From Antedon mediterranea (taxonomy: Eukaryota; Animalia; Echinodermata), in contig NC_092674.1 in the NCBI RefSeq assembly GCF_964355755.1, positions 29,884,001-29,948,000 on the forward strand: a DNA stretch of 64,000 nucleotides, written 5' to 3'. Shown here piece after piece: positions 38,511 to 50,449 of this stretch. Positions within the stretch are counted from its first letter, which is position 1; each line of letters starts with the position of its first letter. A program made the translations under genes and the position numbers. The notes beneath the pieces were generated by a model. It ran no database searches and was not told the origin of the DNA. It saw nothing but the letters and a program-made list of their open reading frames with translations.

Positions 38511-39906
38511 TGATCAGTTCATGGATGCTGTCATACCAGAACACTTCAAAGACCAATCAATGGATGACATAAGGAAGTCAGTAGATTCGACCATGCCACC
38601 ATGGATCTGTCGGCATTGCACCTACGAAAATCCTCATCATCACCTTGCATGCAGTATGTGTCAAAAAGTGAAAGATTCTCAGACGCGGAAACCATCTGTA
38701 AGTCAAGGGTCAGATGACGAATCAGAGACTATGGACATTACGGAAGATGATTTAGAAAATGAACGATGGAATTGCAGAAGGTGCACGTTGGAAAATGAGC
38801 CGTCATCTCGTAGATGTAGTATGTGTGAAGCGCCTAAAGTAACCACAATGCCTTGCGTTGAACCCTTATCATTCCCAGGAGAAGTACGAAAGGACAATTT
38901 GGGAGTTCGCAGTAAAAGTGGTAAATCTAAACCGGTAAAAAATCCAGTATTGCCGGTTGTGGTAAAGGAGGAGGAAGATAGTGACGCTAGCTCGGAAATG
39001 GAGATAGATTTAAACAGATGGCAATGTAAACATTGCACATTTTTAAATAAATCTCTGAGTACTAAATGCGCTACCTGTCATCTTGAGAAAGGCAGCGTAA
39101 TTATTCCTCATAAAAATACAGATGAAAGCCAAGCAAGCACAAGTGCCCAAGCACCAGGAGAGACTGCCATGGAAAGTAAGCAGACGACATCCGATGATAA
39201 CTACAAAAAGCAAGATGAAACAAGAAATGGTTTACCAACAATTATTGATGTCCCTGTCATAGAAAATGGCAGTGTTGCGGACATGGTAATTGAAGAGGAA
39301 TGGTCTTGTCCAGCTTGCACTTACGAAAATGCTGCCACCATGGTTCAATGTGCAGTATGCGCTGCACCAAGGGGTAAATTAAGCGGGAACGACGTGGTCC
39401 CAGAATCCAGGCGACGAGGGAACCTTAAAGTAAATCGAGAACGAATTGGTAGAAGTAACGCACTTAAAAAGAAAACATGGACTTGTAATACTTGTACACT
39501 AATAAACGTTACCGATACAAATATATGCATGGCTTGCAAAAATCAGCAATCAGCTGAACCGACGTGGCAGGTTAGCAAAAAGTTTGCACCAGGACCGAAT
39601 GAATGGGCCTGCCGTCAGTGTACGTATAATAACCCGAATGTTATCAACGTCTGCTGTATGTGCGGACATAATCAAAGGTCAGAGGGTAAAGGTGAAACGT
39701 GGCTTTGTCACAAGTGTGGGATGAACGTCAGCACAAAACATGATAAGTGCCTCATGTGTGAATCACCGCAAAAACCAAAAACACAGGTAGCGAGTAAACC
39801 CCTAGGCCTACGAAGACAAAACAGCATTGTGCAAGAATCAAAGAGAAAACTAGATGAAGACTCTGCTCAAGAGAAGTTTGAACATATCAGGAATTTCTGT
39901 AAAGTT
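38511..39906 (+). CDS. CAPN15: CAPN15 exon 2 (RanBP2-type zinc finger array)
   Basis: Seven W-x-C-x2-C...C-x2-C fingers; ends GTT|gtaagt. Confidence 0.92.
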
Positions 39907-40214
39907 GTAAGTACCTTTATTAATTTGTTGTATTACACTGTACAATCCTTAGACCCATTTACACATACAGTACGATTGGGTCGGGTCCAAATTAATCGTT
40001 TGGGCCCGATCCAGCCTTTTTTATACATGCGTTCCAAACCACGGCCCTGAAGATCCATACTTCATCCTCTCAAATTATTGGTAACGTTTCACTGCATAAA
40101 CTGGCCCAAACGTAAAAGCCGCTACTCGCTTCTGGACCTACTCGAGAGAGATGGTCCAGATCCCCAACCGGTCTTAGTTCTGTAGTTTCATTATTGTGTT
40201 TTAATCTTTTATAG

Positions 40215-40423
40215 AATAAAGAATATTTTGTAGATGACCAGTTTCCACCAGCACCTAAGTCATTATACTTCAACCCTGATCAACCCAAGATGAAGGCACG
40301 ATGTGAACAGTGGCTACGTCCAGATCAGGTGCTAACATCCGAGGATGAAACGAGGATACCATGGACAGTTTTCAAGGTTCCAAGACCTTCAGATATTTCC
40401 CAAGGCATTCTGGGTAATTGTTG
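40215..40423 (+). CDS. CAPN15: CAPN15 exon 3 (catalytic Cys)
   Basis: FVDDQFPP...PSDISQGILGNC(W), calpain CysPc motif. Confidence 0.95.
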
Positions 40424-41287
40424 GTAGGTTTTGGTTTTGTTCAGTACATTCAAACTTTTTATATACATATTAAATCTTCTTGAGTGTGTATTACCTAATT
40501 CATCATCTGAAGGACCCACTGGAAATAAGTCCACTTGACTTCCACTGGTGTCTTTGTTAGACAACATCAAATAAAATCTATACATATCAAATATCATTTT
40601 TGTAATTCCCCTTTTCCCCGTCTGTGATGTCCCTCTTTCTGGAAGTATTTATCCAGAATCTTCAACAATAAATTTCCTTCCTATAGAAATTTTTTTCATT
40701 CACTATAAATAGTAAGTTCACGGATAAGTTTAATAATCTTGTGACCCTGAGGTCAAGTAATATCCCGCGGTGTTTTGTTACATAAAATATCGGAACAATG
40801 CATCTGATGACAAGAAACCTGTCACATATTTCCTAAAATGCCAAGTGTAAGGTGAACGCTCTAATATTCTTTTTGTTAACTCAATGTTAATGAGAAAAAC
40901 ATTTTTCTTTTTAAGCTTTGTAAAAGTAAAACATGAAAGTAGCAAATTATTTATACACTAATGATCATCATACTTATTTGAAATGATTATAACCAATTAC
41001 GGTAATAGTATCAACAACAAGTATTTAATATACAAATAGAGTGAATGTTTATGACTGAGGGAATGGTAGAATATTTTAATGATTCATAAGTACTGACTGT
41101 TTTATCTACAAAGCGATAAGGCAGTAAGGCAATTTTTAAAACCTTACTCACAGGCAGGCCTAGGGGTCCCACAGGGTCCAAGCACCCTCACTGAATTTTG
41201 AAAAATACAATCAAAAATTAGTAATACACACAAAGTGACCTTTTTTCCTTAAAGAAAAATTCAATCAAAAATTATTTTGTTTTGTAG

Positions 41288-41471
41288 GTTTCTAAGTGCA
41301 TTAGCAGTGCTAGCTGAAAAGCCAAAGCTGGTTGAGTATATTATGATTACACGTGTTGTCAACGACGAAGGGGCATATATGGTGCGTTTGTGTAAAGATG
41401 GTGCCTGGGAAACTGTGCTTATTGATGATCTACTCCCATGCGATAAGTATGGCAGACTTGTGTATTCACAG
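41288..41471 (+). CDS. CAPN15: CAPN15 exon 4
   Basis: [10 protein letters not shown]...[20 protein letters not shown]; phase 2-0. Confidence 0.95.
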
Positions 41472-41481
41472 GTATGCTTAA

Positions 41482-41604
41482 AGCTCTGTCTACACTATCA
41501 AACTAGTTGGACAAAAAAAGTGTGATGTGCCCAAATATGGTAGTGATATGCCCAAATATGCTAGTGATATGACATCATCATGTCCATATATGGGCACATG
41601 ACAT
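41482..41604. mobile_element. MITE family A truncated copy
   Basis: Perfect left TIR 10 nt into the intron after a CAPN15 exon. Confidence 0.82.
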
Positions 41605-41711
41605 CCTTCTACCTGTATGAAGCCAGTTTTATGGTATTTTCTGATTAGATACTATTATGATGATAGTCATGCCTTCAGCCATTATTCACAAAATTCCTAC
41701 TTGCTTTCTAG

Positions 41712-41856
41712 GCCAAAAGGAGGCAGCTGTGGGTTCCATTGATTGAGAAGGCTCTTGCAAAGATGCATAGCTGCTATGAAAATCTCATTGCTGGTAGATG
41801 TGCAGAAGGCCTAGCCTTGCTGACTGGAGCTCCTTGTGAAAGCATACAATTACATT
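41712..41856 (+). CDS. CAPN15: CAPN15 exon 5
   Basis: [23 protein letters not shown]...LTGAPCESI; phase 0-1. Confidence 0.95.
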
Positions 41857-42169
41857 GTAAGTTTCAAACCAGGGATGTACAGTAGCTAGAAGAAAAGTGT
41901 AAGGTCAAAAACTTAAAGGGTGGGTGAAAAATAACACGAAAAACAGTACTGTACTTTACTTCTTCTGTGGGTGCTATGTTGAAATTAGGCTTGTTGGGAG
42001 ACCTAAAAATAAGATTTAGGTTGGTTAGAAGAATTTGAAATTGAAACCTCCTTCCCCAACACAATTACTTTCATGCATAATGTAACTCTACAATACTCTA
42101 TGTGCCTTTGTATTATCACTCCTAAGTCAATTGCTTAATGTAGTTCTTTGTTTTAAAAAATATTTTTAG

Positions 42170-42248
42170 CAAGTGGTCTAAAACCGGATGACCCTGTTTT
42201 AGATCAAGACTTCATTTGGGCACAGTTGCTTAGCTCTAAGGAAGCTGG
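42170..42248 (+). CDS. CAPN15: CAPN15 exon 6
   Basis: DQDFIWAQLLSSKEAG; phase 1-2. Confidence 0.92.
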
Positions 42249-42402
42249 GTAGGTATAAATACTTGCGTTGCAATTCAAGTTCTAGGTTAAATTCTATTTA
42301 ATTAATATTGTATGTATGCTATACTTAATGTAAGGCTATGTTTAAAGCAAGTAACTGGGGAAAAAGGCCTATTATAACATTCTAAATTTCTATCTATTGT
42401 AG

Positions 42403-42528
42403 CTTCTTGATGGGTGCTTCTTGTGGAAGTGGCAACATGAAGATAAACCCAGAAGCATATAAGATAGTGGGTCTTCGCCCAAGACATTCTTACTCCCTAT
42501 TGGATGTCCAAGATCTCAATGGAAACAG
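42403..42528 (+). CDS. CAPN15: CAPN15 exon 7 (catalytic His)
   Basis: [12 protein letters not shown]...[13 protein letters not shown]; phase 2-2. Confidence 0.95.
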
Positions 42529-42640
42529 GTAGGTAACGACAAGACTATTTAATTTGTGTTATCAAATTTAATTCCACTAATGGTCTCTCAGGAAATACTA
42601 GTTAAGGAGCATATTATGACTTTTGTGTCTCTTTTTGTAG

Positions 42641-42793
42641 ATTAGTCCGACTCCGCAATCCTTGGGGCTCGTACTCTTGGAAAGGTGATTGGTCGGATCA
42701 GTCGCCCCTCTGGACTGATGAAACGAGAGAGAAGTTGATGCCATTAGGAGCTGCAGAGGGAATCTTTTGGATATCTTTGGAAGATATGATGAT
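42641..42793 (+). CDS. CAPN15: CAPN15 exon 8 (catalytic Asn)
   Basis: LVRLRNPWGSYSWKGDWSD...EGIFW; phase 2-2. Confidence 0.95.
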
Positions 42794-43014
42794 GTAAGAT
42801 AATTATCTCATGTCATGACTAAACAGCAAAAATCTTAAAATAACAATAATAATATTAACTTTTTAAATTGTGAACGTATATATGTTTGTGATTAACTATG
42901 AAATGGAATTATAATCAATATTTATTCTTTGAGAAACTATTTGGCCAAATATCCATTGAGACATTGTACAAAATAGTATGTTTACTAGAACCTGTGATGT
43001 ATTTCTTGATCTAG

Positions 43015-43173
43015 GTATTTTGATAATGTTGACATCTGCAAGGTCAGGAAAGGCTGGTCTGAGGTTCGCTTGTCCAGCTTGTTTCCAAACTTTGCTGGAG
43101 GACCTATGGAAGTTACGATACTCACGATAGATGAGCCAACACAGGCGGATTTCACCCTCTACCAAAAATGGAG
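43015..43173 (+). CDS. CAPN15: CAPN15 exon 9
   Basis: YFDNVDICKVRKGWSEVRL...FTLYQ; phase 2-2. Confidence 0.93.
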
Positions 43174-43280
43174 GTAATTAGTTAATAATTGCGCAATTTG
43201 TTAGTAACCATAATTATTTTTAAAAAACAATGAAAAGTAATCATTTGTAGAATAAGCACATCATAATATTCATAAACTAA

Positions 43281-43417
43281 AGCCCTGTCTACACTATCAA
43301 ACTAGTTTGACAAAGAAAGTGAATATGGTAGTGATGTGGCCAAATATTGTAGTGATCATCATGTCCATATATGGGCACATCACATTTTTTGTCATATAAA
43401 GTTTGATAGTGTAGACA
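43281..43417. mobile_element. MITE family A copy
   Basis: Both TIRs, right end clipped. Confidence 0.82.
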
Positions 43418-43445
43418 AAACAATAACTTTAAAAACTACATTTAG

Positions 43446-43657
43446 ACGAGAAGGTAATGCTGAGCGTGATCCACTCGACCTCTGTATCGTCGTCCTGCGA
43501 ACATCAGGTCATACAACCTCTGGAATGTCAAAGGTCATGACCTTCAATAAACGTCAAATCAGAGCATCTGTTGGTTGTTCAACCGTCCTTCAGAAAGGGA
43601 CATATGTGGTGGTTTGTATGGCGTGTAACCACTGGACAACTGGAGTTAACATGCAAG
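43446..43657 (+). CDS. CAPN15: CAPN15 exon 10
   Basis: LDLCIVVLR...VGCSTVLQKGTYVVVCMACNHW; phase 2-1. Confidence 0.92.
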
Positions 43658-43748
43658 GTATGTGTGTACAGTAGTTCAGAAGTATATACTATCTTAGAGA
43701 AGGTGGGGATGGGTTATCATTGTTTTTCAACCTTTAATAACTTGTTAA

Positions 43749-43815
43749 AGCTCTGTCTACACTATCAAACTTTATGTGGCAAAGAAATGATGTTTCTATA
43801 TATGGACATGATGTC
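43749..43815. mobile_element. MITE family A partial copy
   Basis: Perfect left TIR and part of core. Confidence 0.75.
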
Positions 43816-43943
43816 AAACTTGTTATTGTTATTATAGACTTTTTTGTGTTGAATCATTAAATGTTCCAGCAGAAATATTACTGGCTATAATTTGAAGATT
43901 AATATTCACATGCACACTACAGTATTTATATTTGTTTTAAAAG

Positions 43944-44098
43944 GTATGCGAAGTCCAGTTAGGAAAACAGCTTATCCCTCTTACACATTAGCAATACACA
44001 GCAATAGACCTCTAGTTGCTTCTCAGATTCAACCTACAAAAACATGCCTAGCTGATGTAGTGCAGCTACTGGCAGTGCAGAAAGGCAAGAGGCATGAG
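43944..44098 (+). CDS. CAPN15: CAPN15 exon 11
   Basis: YTLAIHSNRPL...LADVVQLLAVQKGKRHE; phase 1-0. Confidence 0.92.
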
Positions 44099-44364
44099 GT
44101 AAGTAGGTTAATGTAGAAATAGAGTACTAGTTTACTTAGTCTAGGTGATAACCAGGCATTCGGCTTAATTTCATCAGTTATACATTAGATTTCAAGAAAT
44201 GTTAAAAGTGTTAATGTTAATTTTTACAAGCAGAAAAACATTTTGACACCTATGGCGTGTCATACCTTTACTTGAATCACGGAAATCAAATGCTGGTGCT
44301 CGTAAAGGAATACTCTTATATATTCTATTCATTATAACATAATTTTTAAAATATTCTTCTATAG

Positions 44365-44718
44365 GGACGCGAAGGTGTTACTGTCTATTATCTGGACCAT
44401 GGTTGGGCTGGTCTATTTGTGGTGGCTGAGAATCGTCACCACGACAGGTCATTACATGTTCGCTGTGATTGCACAGACAGCATGAACGTGGTATCGACAA
44501 GAGGTAATTTGGTTACTAAGGATAGAATACCACCTTTACACAGACAAGTTCTCAATGTGTTGACGCAACTAGGAGAAGATGGATTCTCCGTGGTCCACCG
44601 AACAGCGCATCGTCTCTCCACGGCTAAAGACCTCATGGATTGGGCCGAACCACGTGTACAGCATGTACCTGAAATATCGTACGACGTGTTTGGACTTCAC
44701 AGTCCACGCCCTTTGTAG
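44365..44718 (+). CDS. CAPN15: CAPN15 last exon (SOL-homology domain)
   Basis: [10 protein letters not shown]...NVVSTRG...PPLHRQVL...GLHSPRPL-stop, SOH C-terminus. Confidence 0.95.
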   Translation, partial: GREGVTVYYLDHGWAGLFVVAENRHHDRSLHVRCDCTDSMNVVSTRGNLVTKDRIPPLHRQVLNVLTQLGEDGFSVVHRTAHRLSTAKDLMDWAEPRVQHVPEISYDVFGLHSPRPL

Positions 44719-46177
44719 GCGTGGCCAAAATACACAGTATTAAATTTGTATACCTAAGAGAGAGTTTTTATTGCAGATTTTGAACAAACCAAGCATTTTT
44801 AAATATTTTATCTTATCTCATTGTAGTATTTCTTAACTCATTTAAGTAGTTAAGCTAAGATTTGAATGTGAATTTTTTAACATAGATTTATTTTATTTGA
44901 GTTACATAATCATTCCTCTCATTTATGGTGCTTATTTTATTACTTAATTGTTGCTTAACTTCCAAATAGATATTCTTTATGCAACAATTCCTCCATATTA
45001 TTAGACGGATAAGATTTCTAAGTATTTGTACCCAGGGTATTATATAGTAATCCCAGGTTGGTATTTATAGCCATGTGCTTTCCTAATTTTACATTTTTAA
45101 GCATTTATTTTTATCATCAGTACTTAATACGATATATATTTAGTCTGTACTTAATGTGATTTACTTACTTTCATAATATCATTGTTTTAAACTCGTAGGT
45201 TACAATTTCTTTTTCTATTCACAAAAGATGAATGTATTCTAATGTTCATGAAACCTCAACCATAAATGGCTGAAACAATGTATCTATTTTCATAGAATAA
45301 TATAAGAAAATCATATCTGTTAAAACATACATTTAGTTTAAAGATAAACATCTTCATAAGGAAAATTAGACTTGCTCCAACTCCAAGTCTGTATTTATTG
45401 TCTTTTTATGTCATTCCACACGTCGTCGTTTGGATTTTTGTCTGAAAATACTCAAGTAATACACATATGAAACGCCATATGTGCAAAAATATTTATATTT
45501 TTAGTAATATTAAAACAAAACTCTGACCAGACTAAAGGAAAATGAACTCAAATGTATTAAATGAAATTATTTCAAAATAGATGATTTTAGTTTTTGTTTC
45601 AATGTAGTGTTGTCACTGCACGGTAGGTGACTCCAATCATAGAGATATTAGTGAGGTCAAAGGCGAACTTGATAGTACTTTAAATTGAATATTTTCAATT
45701 ATATTAAGCTAAATTATATTAATATATTATTATTCATCATCATAATACATTACTAATATAAACTGATGTGTCTTGACTTGCAATTGGCTGAATCATGATA
45801 TCAATGTGAACATTCCTTTCTGATTGACAATAAATGTGCAACATTGTAATTAGTAGTCTGTTATTAAGAAGTGCTTTGATTGTGCAATTGTTAAATGTAT
45901 ATATATTTTTTTATTAATTAGTTTTTTTTGGTCAGATTAATAAAATAAAATTTGGATTTGTAAAAATAACATGTGTTTAATGCGTTCTATACTGATCACT
46001 ATTTTAAGCCATTTAACAATTATGTAGCAGATTTTTTTTTAATTAAATCAAATGTTTGTTATTTATAGGTGCAAGTTATCAACAATCGACTTTGAAATGT
46101 CAATAATTTACCAGAACATTCACTTCCAAAAGATAAAGGTAAACTTTTCTTCCAAAATAAAAAATCAAAACAGATTA

Positions 46178-46293
46178 CAGTGGCGGATCCAGGATTTTGA
46201 AATAGGAGGGGTTCGGGGCCTAAAAGTAGTGAAATGAAGGACTGAGCTTCATTTGATGTCCTATCAATATATGGGCCATTGGATCCACCACAG
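46178..46293. mobile_element. Small hAT-like MITE remnant
   Basis: CAGTGGCGGATCC...GGATCCACCACAG inverted ends; TSD not clear. Confidence 0.5.
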
Positions 46294-46496
46294 GATTAAT
46301 TAAACATTGTAAAGTATAATTATTTCATAGATTACAGTTAGTTTTAATTTAATTGTTAAGGGAGATCTCAATATTTGTATTTAATATATTTTCTAATCAA
46401 AAGCAAGTAAATGTGTGGTAATTGCATCTCATTTCTCATTATTTTTATTCTGTGTGCACTCCTACTAGAGCAAAATGGCATTTCCTATTATTCTTA

Positions 46497-46604
46497 AGCT
46501 CTGTCTGTGCTATCAAACTAGTGTGATGTGCCCAAATATGGTAATGATATGACATTATCATGTCCATAAATGATCAAATAAAGTGTGACAGTGTAGACAG
46601 AGCT
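46497..46604. mobile_element. MITE family A copy (deleted)
   Basis: Both ends present. Confidence 0.78.
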
Positions 46605-46844
46605 GAATTCTTTGTGGATTCCCATAGTTACTGGAACAATTATGAGTGAACCTGATGATGCATAATAAAGTAATAGAACTCCAACCATTATATTTGGCCC
46701 CAAAGTTTATTGTGTTTACACAAGTTACCATGACGATAAAAATCATCTGGGCAGAAACAGAAATCTTAATAATGTACATAAAGTTGAATATATTTTTAAA
46801 AATGATACATTCTGAATACATAAATTATATTTTTTAGTAAAGAC

Positions 46845-47465
46845 TAAAGCAAGTGCTGTATACAATTTGATATGACTGATTTGATATGACTATAACGTAA
46901 TTAATCCACAATCTTGAGTAGCCATGTTTTAAGAAAAATTAAATTGTAATCATATAATCTCAATAAAGCAAATGCTGGTCTGTACAATTTGCTACGGTTA
47001 TTACTGAGAGAGCCTAATCACAAGCTTGAGATGCTGATGTTTTATTAAAGCAAATGCTGATCTGTACAATTTGCTTCGGTTATTACTGAGAGAGCCTAAT
47101 CACAAGCTTGAGATGCTGATGTTTTAAAGCAAATGCTGATCTGTACAATTTGCTTCGGTTATTACTGAGAGAGCCTAATCACAAGCTTGAGATGCTGATG
47201 TTTTAAAGCAAATGCTGATCTGTACAATTTGCTTCGGTTATTACTGAGAGAGCCTAATCACAAGCTTGAGATGCTGATGTTTTAAAGCAAATGCTGGTCT
47301 GTACAATTTGCTACGGTTATTACTGAGAGAGCCTAATCAGAAGCTTAAGATGCCGATGTTTTAAAGCAAATGCTGATCTGTACAATTTGCTTCGGTTATT
47401 ACTGAGAGAGCCTAATCACAAGCTTAAGATGTTTTAAGAAAAATAAAATTGTAATCATATAATCT
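46845..47465. repeat. 79-bp tandem repeat x6 plus older degenerate unit, just downstream of the LRRC59 stop
   Basis: AAAGCAAATGCTG...GATGTTTT at 46965, 47047, 47126, 47205, 47284, 47363. Confidence 0.93.
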
Positions 47466-47495
47466 AAAATATTTGTTATTTACAATTCTGATGCT

Positions 47496-47737
47496 TTAAG
47501 AGATGCCAGCTTGTTTTGCAACTTTTTGTATATACTTGTGAAGTTGGTCAACATAACCATTGAATACACGACAGTCGGAAAGGTTACTGTGGCTGTCGCA
47601 GTAGAAAAAAATTCCTATCAGCATCGCAACAAGTAGAAAAATGATGCTGACTAAAATGGACCAACATGAAACCCCTGATTTTGTATACTGCTTGTTATCG
47701 ATTGATGTATCACCATTCCCTTCATAGCTTGTATCTT
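47496..47737 (-). CDS. LRRC59: LRRC59 last exon (transmembrane anchor)
   Basis: Hydrophobic ILVSIIFLLVAMLIGIFFY near the C-terminus; phase-1 acceptor; TAA. Confidence 0.85.
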
Positions 47738-47793
47738 CTGTGGAATAAAAAATTGGAGTAGTAAGGATTGAATTTAGTATCAGTGGAGTAACG

Positions 47794-47880
47794 CAGCCCG
47801 TATCCAGGGGGGGGGGGGGGTGCGTTGGGTGCAGACGCACCCCCCAAGTCCCAAAAGGTCCACTATTTCCTCGATTGGTA
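47794..47880. mobile_element. Truncated MITE end with G-run
   Basis: CAGCCCGTATCCA(G)n...GCACCCCCC, GC-rich island in the last LRRC59 intron. Confidence 0.45.
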
Positions 47881-48102
47881 TTTTTTCTTGTCTTGTTTAA
47901 CTAAAGACAATATCATTATATATATACAAAATTTACATTATCAATGGTATCTCTTGGATATCTCTATTGTGCAAGCTTGTAGCAATTTCCAAAAAAAACC
48001 TTTTTCCTGAAGTGCCCATTTTCAAACTATAGGGACAAGAAGCAGTGAAGTGATGATAAAGTTTAAATAAAGTACTGTAAAGAGTAGAACAGTAATTCGT
48101 AC

Positions 48103-48267
48103 CATCATTTTCTGCATCTGCTTGCATCTCTTCCAGTCTTCTCTCAGCCTCTTGCTCTTCATACAATCTTCGTCTCATCTCTTTTTCTTCCATTTTTTGC
48201 TTCTTTTTAAGTTCTCTCTGTTTTTCATCTTCTTTTTTCTTCAGTTTGTCTGTCTTTGCTTGTTGCT
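48103..48267 (-). CDS. LRRC59: LRRC59 exon 5 (coiled coil)
   Basis: K/E-rich open frame; phase 1-1. Confidence 0.85.
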
Positions 48268-48478
48268 CTTTAATGTAATATAAAAATGATTTTAATATTA
48301 TTACAGTATTAATAAATCTCTGTATGAACTTTTAAGTATTTTTATCAACATAATTTGGAAAACCATATTCTCAGGTGAAACCAAAATTACAAAGCAAAAA
48401 GGTAAATTGAAAATGAGTGTTATTAGCTTAAGATCATTTCTCCCACTTAGAAATAATAATTATCCTTTAAAAGCTAAC

Positions 48479-48551
48479 CTTTTAACATTTGCAATTCTTT
48501 TTGTCGTTCTTTTTCGGTCTCTGTTTTCTTATTTTTCATATAAGCTAGAAC
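48479..48551 (-). CDS. LRRC59: LRRC59 exon 4
   Basis: VLAYMKNKKTETEKERQKELQMLK; phase 0-1. Confidence 0.85.
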
Positions 48552-48820
48552 CTATCGAGACAAAACAACAGAAAATGAATGAATCTTTCATAAGAGTGGT
48601 AAATTAAAGAGTACCTGTAATAAAATAAGTTTTCTATGCAAAGTGAAATATATTTGCTCAATACCTAAAATAAAAATTACTCAACTTAACAGTCCTGTGG
48701 ATTGAAAAGCACAGCCTGAGTGAATGTACATGAACATTCAGTTGTAAATTTACTTAAAGGTATTTTATTGTGTATTTCAAACTAATTAATGCGTAAACTT
48801 AATTAAACAGTACACTTTAC

Positions 48821-49084
48821 CCTTGTTGCACATATTTTGCACTCTTTATCATTCAGACAATCTCCTACTACTCTTCTTAATGATTCTTCTAGCGGGTTCT
48901 CCTTCATATCTAGCCATCGCAGCGCTTTCAACTGAGCAAAGCTTGTTGGCAATGTTCTTATTTTGTTACCAAGTAGATCTAAGTGTTGAAGTTTTGGTAA
49001 GTTACCGATACCATTTGGTAAGCCGGTGAGTTGGTTCTTACTCAGATCTAGTTTGATGATATGTGATAGTAGTCCTATATTATC
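48821..49084 (-). CDS. LRRC59: LRRC59 exon 3 (LRRs)
   Basis: [14 protein letters not shown]...[11 protein letters not shown]...[11 protein letters not shown]...[13 protein letters not shown]. Confidence 0.93.
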
Positions 49085-49199
49085 CTTGAATATAAAATAA
49101 AAGTTATGAACATTTCTAACAAATAATTTATGTGAAAAATTAAATTGATTAAATTACTAATAATAAAAATTTATAACCATGTTTTAAAAAAAATCTTAC

Positions 49200-49259
49200 C
49201 GGTAAAGTCTGCAGCTGGTTGCAAGACAAGTCAATCACAGTTGCTTTTGGGAGGGCAGC
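49200..49259 (-). CDS. LRRC59: LRRC59 exon 2
   Basis: AALPKATVIDLSCNQLQTLP; phase 0-0. Confidence 0.92.
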
Positions 49260-49704
49260 CTAAAATCAAAGAAATCAATTTTGTTATTCTTGCTTGCTTC
49301 TCTTTCATTTGTTGGGAAAACAAAGATTTTTAATGAGTATTGATCGATTGATTGATTATCCATGACCATGTCTATATGCATATAATTAAATTTTTATATT
49401 CAATATAAATAATTGATAGAATTTATAAATATTTTCAACGTTCAGACGGGATCACCATGAACACTTTCTTTTTTGAACTTGTAGAAATGTTCTACGTTGT
49501 TGTTTTTATATTTGATAATATGGTGAGGGAATTCCCAAATTCATTAATCCGCTCACCTCTCTCAACTGGAAACCTTTCAACCAATCAAAATAAAAAAATG
49601 GAACTGATGTAGACCAAACATGTTGATTATCGAATGCTGTTCAATATGTTTTGTATGTTGTTTACTGAGCTGTTAAAAGTTTCAGTTGAGGAATACTAGC
49701 TTAC

Positions 49705-49797
49705 CAATTCCTTTACTGGCACTTTTGTCAGGTTACCCATACTCAAATCCAACTCTTCTCCATCCAACTTATCCTTTAGATTGTCTTTAACAGGCAT
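49705..49797 (-). CDS. LRRC59: LRRC59 exon 1
   Basis: MPVKDNLKDKLDGEELDLSMGNLTKVPVKEL|gtaagc, the LRRC59 N-terminal signature. Confidence 0.93.
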
Positions 49798-50304
49798 TTT
49801 AACTAATTTTCTCTACTACTACTCTGCAAAACAACACTTACACGTCAGTCCAAATAAAAAGTGAAACGCCTCAGTGCATTCCACGTGTGAGTGTCAAAGT
49901 GCAGGATTTGGACGAAACCAAATTCATAATGTGAAATAACTATATTATCTTTAAAGTTTAGATAGATGTAAAATCTATCAGTATTGCTGTAAATTTGCTC
50001 TTTTGATATCCGATGATAATACGTATTTACAAAGTACAATGAAACAATAATGGTTTTTGTTATTTTTATTTGGAAAATTACCCAACTAGTTCTCGATACG
50101 ACTCTATCATCAATAGGTTGGCCTAGTTTTTTTAAACAGGCCTTTTTGCATTCAACTGTGTCAAAGGTCAATGCTTATGCAATAATGTGTGCCGATCAAG
50201 TTTTTTTTATCGTTTTTGAGCACACGACGAGAAGAATAATAACCTAAATGTAATACAAGTTATGTCAGTAGTTTGTCAAGTAAATATATTACTTATTGTT
50301 TAAT
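49798..50304. promoter_or_regulatory. Putative bidirectional promoter LRRC59 / PAM16
   Basis: About 500 bp between divergent start codons; inferred from gene geometry. Confidence 0.55.
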
Positions 50305-50307
50305 ATG
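50305..50307 (+). CDS. PAM16: PAM16 first coding exon (ATG only)
   Basis: aatATG|gtgagt strong donor; exon 2 starts at Ala2 (AKYLAQII) in phase 0 and needs an upstream ATG. Confidence 0.7.
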
Positions 50308-50449
50308 GTGAGTAATTATATTGTATGTGTTATTTATAAGATCCTAGGCCTACCTAGGCCTATTAGTAAATCACATTTCAGCGCTAGCCTAGGCCCATGC
50401 ATGGAATAACATGTGGGCATACAAAAAAGTTACAGCATCGCCATGAGAG

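Noticed and set aside
38703-39539. Antisense ORFs over CAPN15 exon 2
   Set aside because: Shadow ORFs with no independent signals
47806-47830. G-quadruplex-like G-run
   Set aside because: Part of a truncated MITE end, and homopolymer length is error-prone
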